Assembly: GCA_044225365.1 (NCBI GenBank)
Contig: JBGAIQ010000045.1
Coordinates: 1 to 46,804, forward strand
Direction: 5' to 3'
From: Planctomycetota bacterium
GTDB taxonomy: Bacteria > Planctomycetota > B15-G4 > JADJEK01
DNA length: 46,804 nt
Shown here: piece by piece, positions 8,468-17,770 of the stretch
Position numbering within the stretch: the stretch's first letter is position 1
How the letters are laid out: each line of letters opens with the position of its first letter
Made by a program: the position numbers and the translations under genes
The notes under the pieces: generated by a model
Database searches by the model: none
Told to the model about the DNA's origin: nothing
The model's input: only the letters and a program-made list of their open reading frames with translations

Positions 8468-10078
8468 TCATGCTCCGAATTGGATGAGCAACGCTTTCGT
8501 GAACGCGACTCCATGCGCGGCGCCGGTGTCCGCGAGCAGGAACTGCACCGTGACGATTCCGTTGCACAGGTCGATGTCGTTCGGGATGCTGAACGGGATC
8601 GTCGTGCCTTGCGGCATCGCGAACGTCGCGATCGAGAAGACGGGAGCGACGTAGAGGAGACCGCCGTACACGGTCGGAGTCGCGCCCGTGAGCGTACCGA
8701 CGAGACCGATGGCGAACGCCGGATTCGGGCCCATGGTCGCGAGCACCATCGCGCAATCGCTCCCGAGCACGGGCTTCGAGCTCAGCGTGAGCGACGGCAC
8801 GCCGCCGGTCCCCGGGAAACCCGCGCCGAGGTTCGTCCAGTTCGCGGCGTGGCAGCGATCGCGGAGGAAGACGTCGTACGCGCCATTCGTGTCGTTCGGA
8901 ACGACGTTGGTCGCTTCGCTCAGGAAGCAGACGTAGCGGCCATCCGCGGAGATGGTAGCGAGTCCTGAGTTATCGTTCGCGGCGACCGCTCCGTAGGCCC
9001 AGCTCATCAGCTCGATCCCACCATCGCTCATGTCGGCGACGTAGACGTCGAGCATCGCGTTCGAGTCGAAGAACGAGTACGAGTTCGCGCTCGTGATCGT
9101 GATGAAGCGTGCATCGGCGGACATCGACGTGGGGAATTGCAATCCCGCGCCGTGCGCCGCGGTGCCCGGCGTCGCGAGTTCCTTCTTTCCGGTGGACACC
9201 TCGACGCGGTAGACATCGCTGCTGGAATTCTGATCGCTGTCGATCAGGTTGAACGCCGTCGCGAACGCGACGTAGCGACCGTCATCGCTGATCACCGGGC
9301 TCGACGAGAAGACGGGAGATCCGTTCGACGTCGTGCTCACCGTCTTCGTGGTGCCGAGGAGACGATCGCGCACGGCGATCGTCGTGATCGCGCCGTACTG
9401 CTCGAACGCCACGAAGCGCCCGTCGCTCGAGACCGACGAGAAGCCGCCGCCGTTGTTCGAACTGATTCGCTCCGTGGCTCCGCTGACGACATCGTGCAGG
9501 AAGACGTCGGTCTGATCGTTGGTGTCGCCCACCACGAGATTCGTTGCGTAGCTGTAGAACGTGACGAAGCGCCCATCCGCCGAGAACGACGCGTACGCGG
9601 AGATGTCGTTACCGCCCTGGCCGGCACTGTTCACGCTCGCGTGCGTCAGCACACCGGTCTGCAGGTCCTTCACGAAGATGTCGGCGCCCGATCCGTTGGC
9701 GTCGCTCGCCGCCAGGTTCGTCGCCCAGCTCGTGAACGCCACGTAACGGCCGTCACTTGAAAGGAGTGGCTGGAAGCATGGACCGTTGGCCTCGACTCCG
9801 GCCACCGTGACGCTCGCCCGCACGATCTGACCGGTCGCGAGGTCCTTCACGAAGACGTCGGCCGTGCCGTTGTGATCGTTCGGATCGAGATTCGGCGCGT
9901 CGGTGACGAACGCTGCGAATCGACCATCCCGCGAGAGGGAAGGCCAGACGCTCGCGTTGCCGAGTTGCTGGCCGGAGGCGTCGACGCTGACGCGTTTCGT
10001 CGACTGGGCGAGAGCGGGGGAAACGAGGGACGTCAGGGCCAAGCCGACGAGCGCGATCCGGGCAGCAGCGATACGCAT
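8468..10078 (-). CDS. Secreted TolB/PD40-like beta-propeller protein with the shared C-terminal domain
   Basis: AAGGAG RBS; signal peptide ending ALA-Q; repeated S-x-DGR-[FY]-V-x-F…ATNL…D-x-N…DVF-x-x-D units. Confidence 0.85.
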   Translation of the reverse strand: MRIAAARIALVGLALTSLVSPALAQSTKRVSVDASGQQLGNASVWPSLSRDGRFAAFVTDAPNLDPNDHNGTADVFVKDLATGQIVRASVTVAGVEANGPCFQPLLSSDGRYVAFTSWATNLAASDANGSGADIFVKDLQTGVLTHASVNSAGQGGNDISAYASFSADGRFVTFYSYATNLVVGDTNDQTDVFLHDVVSGATERISSNNGGGFSSVSSDGRFVAFEQYGAITTIAVRDRLLGTTKTVSTTSNGSPVFSSSPVISDDGRYVAFATAFNLIDSDQNSSSDVYRVEVSTGKKELATPGTAAHGAGLQFPTSMSADARFITITSANSYSFFDSNAMLDVYVADMSDGGIELMSWAYGAVAANDNSGLATISADGRYVCFLSEATNVVPNDTNGAYDVFLRDRCHAANWTNLGAGFPGTGGVPSLTLSSKPVLGSDCAMVLATMGPNPAFAIGLVGTLTGATPTVYGGLLYVAPVFSIATFAMPQGTTIPFSIPNDIDLCNGIVTVQFLLADTGAAHGVAFTKALLIQFGA

Positions 10079-10267
10079 GATGAATCTCCTTCCTTCGAGT
10101 CGAAGCAAAGTACGTACCCATCATCCCGCGCCGCGGTAACTCGACTCTGGACTTTCACCCCCCTACGCGGAATTCCGGGCGGAAGCCCTCGCTCGTGGGT
10201 CGCGGGAAAGGTGCATCGCTGCGTTTGGCGCACGCGTCACGTCCCGGTTCGATAAGATCCCGCGCCG

Positions 10268-11782
10268 ATGCTGTTCAGCAGTTCGCTGTTCGTCTTCCTC
10301 TTCCTGCCGCTCGTTCTCGCGATCTACTTCGCGTTGAATCCGCCCCTTCGTAACGGGTTCCTCCTCGTTGCGAGTCTCATCTTCTACGGCTGGGGCGAAC
10401 CACTCGCGATCGTCATCATGCTGGTTTCGATCGTCGCGAACTACGGATTCGCGCGCCTCGTCGACGCGGCGAAAGAGACGAGTGACCGGCGCGCTCGCAT
10501 CGTCGTCGCGATCGCGGTCGCTTTCGATCTTACGATCCTCGTCGTCTTCAAGTACGCCGACTGGCTGTGGTCCGTTCTGTCGAGCGTGCTCGTGCGGCTT
10601 GGCTCGATCGCGGAGCCGCTCGGACCGTTGGCATCGCGAATCGCGTCAGACTCGGCGTGGCACGAGCTGCTGGTCGCTTCGAACGGCTCGATTCGGTTGC
10701 CGATCGGGATCTCGTTCTTCACCTTTCACGCGGTGTCGTACGTGGTCGACGTCTACCGGCGCGACGCCAAGGTGCAGAAGAACCCGTTCGATGTCGCACT
10801 CTACGTCACGTTGTTCCCCCAGCTCGTGGCGGGACCGATCGTGCGCTTTCGCGACATCGCGAACCAGATCGAGCGGCGTAGCGTCGGGCTCGCCGACTTC
10901 GCCTACGGCATCCGTCGCTTCATCGTCGGGCTCGGGAAGAAGGCGCTGATCGCCGACACCGTGGGTCAGGTCGCCGACGCGATCTTCGCGCTCCCGGTGG
11001 TGCACGTCCCCACAGCGAGCGCATGGCTCGCCATCGCTTGCTACACCCTTCAGATCTACTTCGACTTCTCCGGCTACTCGGACATGGCGATCGGGCTCGG
11101 GCGGATGTTCGGCTTCCACTTCCTCGAGAACTTCCGTCACCCTTATGCCAGTTCATCGATGACGGAGTTCTGGCGACGCTGGCACATCTCGCTCTCGACG
11201 TGGTTTCGCGACTACCTCTACATCCCGCTCGGCGGGAATCAGCGCGGCCGCGCCCGGACGTATCTCCATCTCACTCTCGTGTTCTTCCTGTGCGGACTCT
11301 GGCACGGCGCGAGTTTCAATTTCGTCGTGTGGGGACTCCTGCATGGCGGATTCCTCGTGATCGAGCGCGCGGGACTCTCGCGTTGGCTCGAGCGGTGGCC
11401 GGGCGTCATTCGCCACGCCTACGTGATGGCGGTCGTCGTGCTCGGCTGGGTGTTCTTTCGTGCCAACGATCTCCCCCACGCCGTCGAATGGCTCGGCGCG
11501 CTCACCTTCACGGGCGCGACGGCAGCAAACGCGGCCGCCTGGCATCCCGGCGTGTTCGTCGATTCGTGGGTGATCGCGATGTTCGTCGCTGGCGTGATCG
11601 GCGCGACGCCGTGGGTGCCGCGCGTGATCGAACGACTGCAACACTGGCGCTCGGAGGGCCGGCTCGCGATGTGGACGGCGGCGCAAATTGGCGCAGCCCT
11701 CGCGCTCTTCCTCACCTTCGTCGCGGCTTCGTTCCAGATCGCGGCCGGGACGTTCCAGCCCTTCATCTACTTCCGGTTCTGA
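10268..11782 (+). CDS. MBOAT-family polysaccharide O-acetyltransferase (AlgI/DltB-like)
   Basis: MLFSSSLFVFLFLP start; LPIGISFFTF, FPQLVAGPIVR, QIYFDFSGYSDMAIG, FWRRWHISLSTWFRDYLYIPLGG, GLWHGA; ends PFIYFRF. Confidence 0.95.
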   Translation: MLFSSSLFVFLFLPLVLAIYFALNPPLRNGFLLVASLIFYGWGEPLAIVIMLVSIVANYGFARLVDAAKETSDRRARIVVAIAVAFDLTILVVFKYADWLWSVLSSVLVRLGSIAEPLGPLASRIASDSAWHELLVASNGSIRLPIGISFFTFHAVSYVVDVYRRDAKVQKNPFDVALYVTLFPQLVAGPIVRFRDIANQIERRSVGLADFAYGIRRFIVGLGKKALIADTVGQVADAIFALPVVHVPTASAWLAIACYTLQIYFDFSGYSDMAIGLGRMFGFHFLENFRHPYASSSMTEFWRRWHISLSTWFRDYLYIPLGGNQRGRARTYLHLTLVFFLCGLWHGASFNFVVWGLLHGGFLVIERAGLSRWLERWPGVIRHAYVMAVVVLGWVFFRANDLPHAVEWLGALTFTGATAANAAAWHPGVFVDSWVIAMFVAGVIGATPWVPRVIERLQHWRSEGRLAMWTAAQIGAALALFLTFVAASFQIAAGTFQPFIYFRF

Positions 11783-13399
11783 ATGGCGACCGAATCCCGC
11801 GACTCCATGGGAATCGAGATCGACGACCGCTTCGCGCGCCGCGGGCGGTCGATCGATCGCGTCGTCTTCTCGCTCTTCATCGTCGCACTCATCGCCCCGT
11901 GGATCGATCATCTCGTGCGCGAGGACGCAGCGCGCGGGCCGTTTCGCGAGCATCGCAATGCGGCGCCGCGACCCGCGGCCGTGAAGAGTCTCGCGGACCT
12001 TCGCGCGTTCCCGCTCGCCTACCAGAGCTACTGGAACGACACCTTCGGCCTGCGCGACGTCCTTCTCCATGGCAACGGAGTCTTGAAGGCGCTGCTCTTC
12101 GGCGTCGCGCCGGGCCCCGATCACGTGATCGGCAAGGATGGGTGGATCTATTGGCGCGGGCGACGCATCCTGGACGTATGGCGCGGTGTCGCCCCGCTCT
12201 CGAACGACGAACTCGAAGCGTGGCGTCTTCGGCTCGAACGGCGGCGCGATCAATGCCGCGCGCTCGGGGCTCGCTACCTCTTCGTGTTCTGCCCCGAGAA
12301 GCCGTCGATCTATCCGGAGCATCTCCCCGATCGATTCGACAAGGTCGGTCCCTCGCGACTCGACCAACTGCTCGAGTACTTGCGTGGTCGAACGGACGTC
12401 GACGTGCTCGACGTGCGCGACGCCTTGATCGCCGCAAAGAGGGGCGACCAGCCCGGCGATGCCGCCTACTACGAACTCGGTACGCATTGGCGATCCCGCG
12501 GCGCCGCCCTCGCCTGCGCCGCGATCGTCGAACACCTAAAGGCCGCGTTCCCACGACTCACGCCTCTGTCACTCGATGTCTTCTCGCCGACGGGCGAGGA
12601 AGGCCCCGGCGACACCGAGGCGCGATCGCTCTATCTCGAGAACGAGTATCCGCAGAAAGACCACACCCTCGCGCCCAAAGTGACCCGCAGCGAAGTCACG
12701 CGACTCGGTGGCTTTCCCCGCGTGCGCAGCTCGCGTATTCCGTCGCAGCCGGATCTCCCGCGCGCCGTCGTCTTCCACGATTCGTTCGGGGCGTACCTCG
12801 AGCGACCCATGTCGGAAGCGTTTTCGCAGCTCACGATGGTATGGAACTACATCTTCGACGAAGACCTCGTGAAGCGCGAGAAGCCCGACGTCGTGATCGA
12901 GATGTTCGCCGAGCGCACGCTCGTCACGCTCGACCCGAAGGACAGCGCGCCGCGCCAGGATCCGACGCAAGCGGCTTTCGCGAGCGCGAGTGACGTACGG
13001 TTCCGCCTCGATGCCGCGAACACCAAGGAACTCGTGCCGATGTATCGCGCGACACTCCGGTCCGCAAAGGACGCGAGCGGCGACGACCTCGTCGAGTTCA
13101 CGGGCCTGGGGAAGCCCGACTCGTTCGTGCTCCCCGAGTTCGATCTCACCGCCGCGCGACTCCACCTGCACATCGACATCACGTCGCCGGCCGCGACACC
13201 GTTCACGGTGTACTACAAGCAGAAGGGCGACGAGAACTACGCCCCCGACCACAAGGTCGCGATCGATCTGACCGAGGGCCGCAACGATCGCTACCTCACG
13301 CTCGACGTGCGCGACCTCGTGGATCGCCTCGTCGTCTGCCCCGGGAACGCGCGAGGCAAGTACCTGCTGCACGCCGTGGAGATCCGCGCGGAGCGTTGA
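11783..13399 (+). CDS. AlgJ/AlgX-like SGNH O-acetyltransferase with an extra C-terminal beta domain
   Basis: N-terminal anchor; D-x-FGLR, VIGKDGWIY, PEK-x-SIYPE-x-LP, THW and HDSF motifs; starts immediately after the MBOAT stop. Confidence 0.85.
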   Translation: MATESRDSMGIEIDDRFARRGRSIDRVVFSLFIVALIAPWIDHLVREDAARGPFREHRNAAPRPAAVKSLADLRAFPLAYQSYWNDTFGLRDVLLHGNGVLKALLFGVAPGPDHVIGKDGWIYWRGRRILDVWRGVAPLSNDELEAWRLRLERRRDQCRALGARYLFVFCPEKPSIYPEHLPDRFDKVGPSRLDQLLEYLRGRTDVDVLDVRDALIAAKRGDQPGDAAYYELGTHWRSRGAALACAAIVEHLKAAFPRLTPLSLDVFSPTGEEGPGDTEARSLYLENEYPQKDHTLAPKVTRSEVTRLGGFPRVRSSRIPSQPDLPRAVVFHDSFGAYLERPMSEAFSQLTMVWNYIFDEDLVKREKPDVVIEMFAERTLVTLDPKDSAPRQDPTQAAFASASDVRFRLDAANTKELVPMYRATLRSAKDASGDDLVEFTGLGKPDSFVLPEFDLTAARLHLHIDITSPAATPFTVYYKQKGDENYAPDHKVAIDLTEGRNDRYLTLDVRDLVDRLVVCPGNARGKYLLHAVEIRAER

Positions 13400-13402
13400 G
13401 AC

Positions 13403-15403
13403 TCACCCGCCGAACGTCACCGTCACCCGATTCGTCTGCGACGTGTGGTATCCGCCGCTCGCGCCGGGATCGTTCGGGAAGATCGCCTGCAGGTGGAGCG
13501 TGAGGCCGCAGAGCGACGTGTCGCTGAGCGGGACCGCGAGCACGAGCGATCCCGTCGGCGCCGTCATCAGCGAGATCGAGGCGAGCGGGCTCACGTAGAG
13601 GTGACCACCGTCGAACGGCTGATCGATCGCGGTGAGACCGAGGAAGAGGATCGCCGGAACCGAGGGGAGCGTCGGCGTCGCGGTCATTGTGAAGGCGCCG
13701 TTCGGGATCGAGGGGAGCGTCGACGACAATGTGGGGACGCCCGCCGCGCCCGCCTTGCCGACGCCGAACTGCGTCGTCGCTGCGAGGTTCGTGCAACCAC
13801 CGGGCGGGCCGGAGATCAGCGTCGCGCGGAGCTGGTACGAGCCCGTGAGGCGATACGAGTGGATCGTGTGGACGCGCACCGCGAAGGTGCCGCTCGAATC
13901 CGCCACGAGGTTCGTGAGTTTCGCGTTGCGGCCGACGCCGCTGGTATCGCTCTGGGCCAGGATCGTGCCGTTCGGGCGAAATACGGTGAGATAAGGATCG
14001 ACGTAGGTCTCGGCGTCCGCGGCGGCATTCGGGTATCTCGTCTCCACCTCGAACGTCGAGCCCGAGGTGAGGACGAAGGAGTAGAAGTCCTGGTCGCCGT
14101 CGCCGGGGCCCGCGAGGAGTCCCGTCGCGGAGTAGAGCGTGCGCGTCGCGCTGAAGGCGCCGGAGAGCGTGATCGGCGTCGCCGTCGCGAGCGTGTTGTT
14201 CGGTTCGGCGGAGTCGTTGGTGAAACGCTGCTTCCACGTCGAGTACGACGTACCGAGCGCGGCGCCTTGGCCGTTGCTGTAGTCGATCGGCGCGAACTGT
14301 CCGTTCCAGAGGGTGCGCAGCGTGCTGTTCGCCGCCGTCTTCAGCGGTCCCGTCATCACGTTCCAGATCATCTTGTCGCCGGTGATGCCGCCCGCGAACG
14401 GGACGCTGCCGTTGAGGCCGTCGTCGTCGATGCCGTCGCCGTCGTTCGTCGCAGTCGTGTCGATGACGTCCCACAAGGAGCAGAAGACCGCGCCTTCGTC
14501 GGCCTCGCCGCCGGTCTGGGCGGCGTAGGGCGAACCGTTCTCGTGGCGCATGCGGAGCTGGATCGAGGCGCCGCCGGTGGACCCGTTCGCGGCGCAATCG
14601 AGGTAGAAGCCGGGATCGGTGACGCCCGTGAATTGGCGAACGGCGCCCGCGAAGTAGGTCGCGAAGCCTTCGCCGAACGAGAGGCGCGGGTCCTGATCGC
14701 TGTCGCCGAAGGTGTGCGAGCCTCCGGGATTGTCGGAGCTCGAATACACGTTGTGCATCATGTGACCGATTTCGTGGAGCGCGACGGTGTCGTCGAAGCC
14801 GTCGTCGTCGGCCATCGTGACGCTCGAGCCGGAGGTGAAGGAGCCGGAGCCACCGGGCCACATCACCTTGAGCGAGGACGTCGGATTGGCGGATCCGAGC
14901 GATTTCACGTATTGCTCTGCGCGGACGAGCATGTCGAGGAGATTGAACGGTCCGCCCTGGTTCGTGCCGGAGAGGACCTTCTGCGCGGTGATCGTGCCGG
15001 CCGCGAGATTCGTTCCGAGATTCCAGCCCGTGAAGACCGCGGAGGATACCGAGTACTCGACGTTGCTCGTGTTCGTGACGCGCAGCGCCTGGCCACCGAA
15101 TTGATTGCTGCGGGAGAAACATCGCACGACGATGTCCGCCGTGCCGGACGCGACGACCGGGATCGAGATGGCGCCGGTCTCCGACGTGAAGCCCGTCGCG
15201 AGCACCTGGTTCGTCGTGTTGTTGATGACCTGCACCGTCGCAAGACGAATCGGCAGGTTCGGCTCGACGCCGGAGAAGCCGTTGAACGTGAAAGCGCGAT
15301 CGACGTACTGGAAGGTGCCCGTCACCGTGAAGTCGGCGCGCGCGGCGGCGGCGAGAGTAGCGAGGCTGGCGAGCAGGAAAACGGAGCGCTTCAGCGGGTT
15401 CAT
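13403..15403 (-). CDS. Secreted zinc metallopeptidase-like protein with a PPC-like domain and the shared C-terminal domain
   Basis: Signal peptide MNPLKRS…ARA; HEIGH followed by EGFATYF (gluzincin-like third ligand); DSAEPNNTLATAT…DQDFYSF…DPYLTVF (PPC-like); ATGA overlap with the upstream gene. Confidence 0.8.
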   Translation of the reverse strand: MNPLKRSVFLLASLATLAAAARADFTVTGTFQYVDRAFTFNGFSGVEPNLPIRLATVQVINNTTNQVLATGFTSETGAISIPVVASGTADIVVRCFSRSNQFGGQALRVTNTSNVEYSVSSAVFTGWNLGTNLAAGTITAQKVLSGTNQGGPFNLLDMLVRAEQYVKSLGSANPTSSLKVMWPGGSGSFTSGSSVTMADDDGFDDTVALHEIGHMMHNVYSSSDNPGGSHTFGDSDQDPRLSFGEGFATYFAGAVRQFTGVTDPGFYLDCAANGSTGGASIQLRMRHENGSPYAAQTGGEADEGAVFCSLWDVIDTTATNDGDGIDDDGLNGSVPFAGGITGDKMIWNVMTGPLKTAANSTLRTLWNGQFAPIDYSNGQGAALGTSYSTWKQRFTNDSAEPNNTLATATPITLSGAFSATRTLYSATGLLAGPGDGDQDFYSFVLTSGSTFEVETRYPNAAADAETYVDPYLTVFRPNGTILAQSDTSGVGRNAKLTNLVADSSGTFAVRVHTIHSYRLTGSYQLRATLISGPPGGCTNLAATTQFGVGKAGAAGVPTLSSTLPSIPNGAFTMTATPTLPSVPAILFLGLTAIDQPFDGGHLYVSPLASISLMTAPTGSLVLAVPLSDTSLCGLTLHLQAIFPNDPGASGGYHTSQTNRVTVTFGG

Positions 15404-15975
15404 CGCGAGGCTCCTTGTCGCGTCGCAGGACAGTCGAGCGATGGAGTGCCGGCGGAGTCGACGAGCGTGACGTTGTCGACGTGCGGCGTGGCGTCCCCCC
15501 ACTCGATCGCGAAGTCGGCGGTATTCGTTTCGACCCCGGTCGGCGTCGTCGCGCCCGAAGCCGTGATCGCCTCGCCCGGGAATCGAAGATGGGCGTGGAG
15601 GATGACGCGACCGCCCGCGCGGTGGCTCGGCAATCGGACACGGCCCGAGCCCACGAACGTCTCCCCGCGCTTCACGTCGAGTGCCGCGACCTTTGCGCCG
15701 GAGAGGACCGTCCCGCCATCGCTGCTCGGATCGATCTCGGTCTCGAGCGCGTCTGCGGCGAGCGTTGGCTTCACTTCGTAGTCGAAGCTGAGGACCCCCG
15801 CCTGCACGCGCGACGCGATCAGCTTGAATTCGATCGGCGCCTGCGGCTTGCAGCCCGGGTCACGATAGATCGCGGAGGCCGCGCGCGCGTCGATCGGCGC
15901 CGGTACGCGCAGCAGCGCCGCGGCCGTGCCCGCGAGCGATAGGACGACGAGTGAGGAAACCGCCAGCTTGCCCAT
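15400..15975 (-). CDS. Secreted hypothetical protein translationally coupled to the metallopeptidase
   Basis: GGAGG RBS, hydrophobic N-terminus; its stop overlaps the next start (ATGA, 15400-15403). Confidence 0.75.
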   Translation of the reverse strand: MGKLAVSSLVVLSLAGTAAALLRVPAPIDARAASAIYRDPGCKPQAPIEFKLIASRVQAGVLSFDYEVKPTLAADALETEIDPSSDGGTVLSGAKVAALDVKRGETFVGSGRVRLPSHRAGGRVILHAHLRFPGEAITASGATTPTGVETNTADFAIEWGDATPHVDNVTLVDSAGTPSLDCPATRQGASR

Positions 15976-16091
15976 GTGAGGACCTCCCGGGTGCGAACGC
16001 AGGAACGCTACCTCGCCGCCCTCAACCGGGCGAACCCGTTCGCGTCCAGGTCGCGAGTCTTGTCGTGCCCTCCCGTCGCGAACTCCAGCCG

Positions 16092-16163
16092 AATCCGGCG
16101 GAATCGGACCGCGTCCGCCGCCGCCGTTCGGCGGAGACGCATCGCAGCCGAAACCGCCGAATT
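16092..16163. repeat. Two inverted copies of a ~40-nt REP-like palindromic unit
   Basis: 16114-16131 is the exact reverse complement of 46739-46756; 16130-16147 (GGCGGAGACGCATCGCAG) matches 46787-46804 at 17 of 18 positions. Confidence 0.65.
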
Positions 16164-16167
16164 CGCC

Positions 16168-17628
16168 TCAGTTGCCCCCGGTCCACTCCGGGTGCGCGGA
16201 CTTGAAATCGGCGACCAGCGACTTCGTCTTCTCGGACATCGCCCGCGCGCCGTCGTCCTCCGACTTCATGCGGTCCTCCGTCGCTTGACGAAGGCGAAGC
16301 AGATCCGTCTTCGACGTGTCCTTCGGCGGATGGTCGAGGATGCCGGGCGTGGCCTTGGCGCGATCGAGCCAGCGCGCCGCGAGGTAGTCCGCCGTCATCG
16401 CGTCGCAGACCAATGCGATCGCGCCCGTCTTTCCGGCATCGAGCTGCTTCCACGCCAGCTCGAGCGCCTTGCTCTGCTTGTCGCTCGCGGCGCGGACCGC
16501 TTTCATCGCCTTTTGCCACGATGGCAGAGGAGCGAACGCGGCCTCCGCGATTCGATAGTGCGCGACCCACGGTCCGTAGGGCAATTTCGGATCGCTCACC
16601 GCGGGATCCGCGAGCAACGCCTTGGCGTGCGCGTCCGCGGCCTGCTCGAGGAATTCGCGCAGCGCTTTCAGCTTCGGCTCGAGCGCCGCCTTCTCGTCGG
16701 GCTTCGCCTTGCCCAGCATCTTCTCGGCGTTCTCCACCGACTCGCGGATCACGCGCAGGTCGGAAGCGTCGCGCGTCAATTGATCGAGCGCGACACCGAC
16801 CGCCTGCGTCGCGCTTGACGTCGAAACCTGATCGAGCCAGTCGAGCATCTCTCCGACTTGCTTCGGCAGCGGCCAATGACCGGTCTTCTCGTTCAGCCCC
16901 TCGACGATCAAGAGCTTCACCTTCTTGTACCCCTCGTCGCGATAGATCTTCTCGGTGCGCGTCGCGCAATCGACGGGCACGACGGCGTCGGCCCGCCCGT
17001 GGAGGATCCCGATCGCGACCTTCTCGCGCGACAGCTTGCTGTGCTTCACCGAGAGCACATTCCCCGCATGGGCGACGATCCCGTCGACGAGCTCGGGGTG
17101 CTCGCCCGCGAACCAGTACGCGAAGAACGCGCCCTGACTGTGCCCGTAGACGTACACCCGCCCGATCGGCAGCTTCTTCTTCAAGAGCTCGATGAGACCC
17201 GCGATCTGGTCACCATCGGTCGGCCCCTGGATGAAGTTGAACGTGCCCCCATCCCCTGGCGTCATTCCCTCCGGCGCGACGATCACGTCGTCCTTCCGCC
17301 AGTCCGAGTTCACGAGAGGGTAGTTGTAGAACGGCCAGCCCTGATTCATGCCCGTCCCATGCAGCATCAACAACAACGTCGCGGGCTTGCTCGCGCTCAG
17401 CGACTTGGGCAGGCGATACCAGAACGGTTTCCCCTGCGGCGATTTCCACTCGAGGCACTCGTTCGCCGGCGCGCTCGCCGACGGCTCGACGAGCTTGGGC
17501 TTCTCGGGCTCGGCGCAAGCGATCGCCGCCACGGCCATCGATCCCTGCCACCCGAGGACCTCCCCTCTCGCAACGACGCCGCTTCCCCAAGCGACGCACA
17601 AGAACACGACGAGCGTGCGCGGATCCAT
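16168..17628 (-). CDS. Secreted alpha/beta hydrolase (esterase/phospholipase-like) with a helical C-terminal region
   Basis: GAGGAG RBS before MDPRTLVV; LHGTG oxyanion motif, GHSQG nucleophile, HGRADAVVP (Asp) and GHWP (His). Confidence 0.85.
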   Translation of the reverse strand: MDPRTLVVFLCVAWGSGVVARGEVLGWQGSMAVAAIACAEPEKPKLVEPSASAPANECLEWKSPQGKPFWYRLPKSLSASKPATLLLMLHGTGMNQGWPFYNYPLVNSDWRKDDVIVAPEGMTPGDGGTFNFIQGPTDGDQIAGLIELLKKKLPIGRVYVYGHSQGAFFAYWFAGEHPELVDGIVAHAGNVLSVKHSKLSREKVAIGILHGRADAVVPVDCATRTEKIYRDEGYKKVKLLIVEGLNEKTGHWPLPKQVGEMLDWLDQVSTSSATQAVGVALDQLTRDASDLRVIRESVENAEKMLGKAKPDEKAALEPKLKALREFLEQAADAHAKALLADPAVSDPKLPYGPWVAHYRIAEAAFAPLPSWQKAMKAVRAASDKQSKALELAWKQLDAGKTGAIALVCDAMTADYLAARWLDRAKATPGILDHPPKDTSKTDLLRLRQATEDRMKSEDDGARAMSEKTKSLVADFKSAHPEWTGGN

Positions 17629-17770
17629 GACCAACTCCTCCTCCGCAACATATGCCACCGACGCCACTGGCGACGTGGTCGCCACGGACGCCTCGAGAAG
17701 CGATCTCAAAGATCGCCGCGGCTGAGACACCGCACCGTCGCCGCGCGTTCCCAAGAATCCTCGCCGACGC

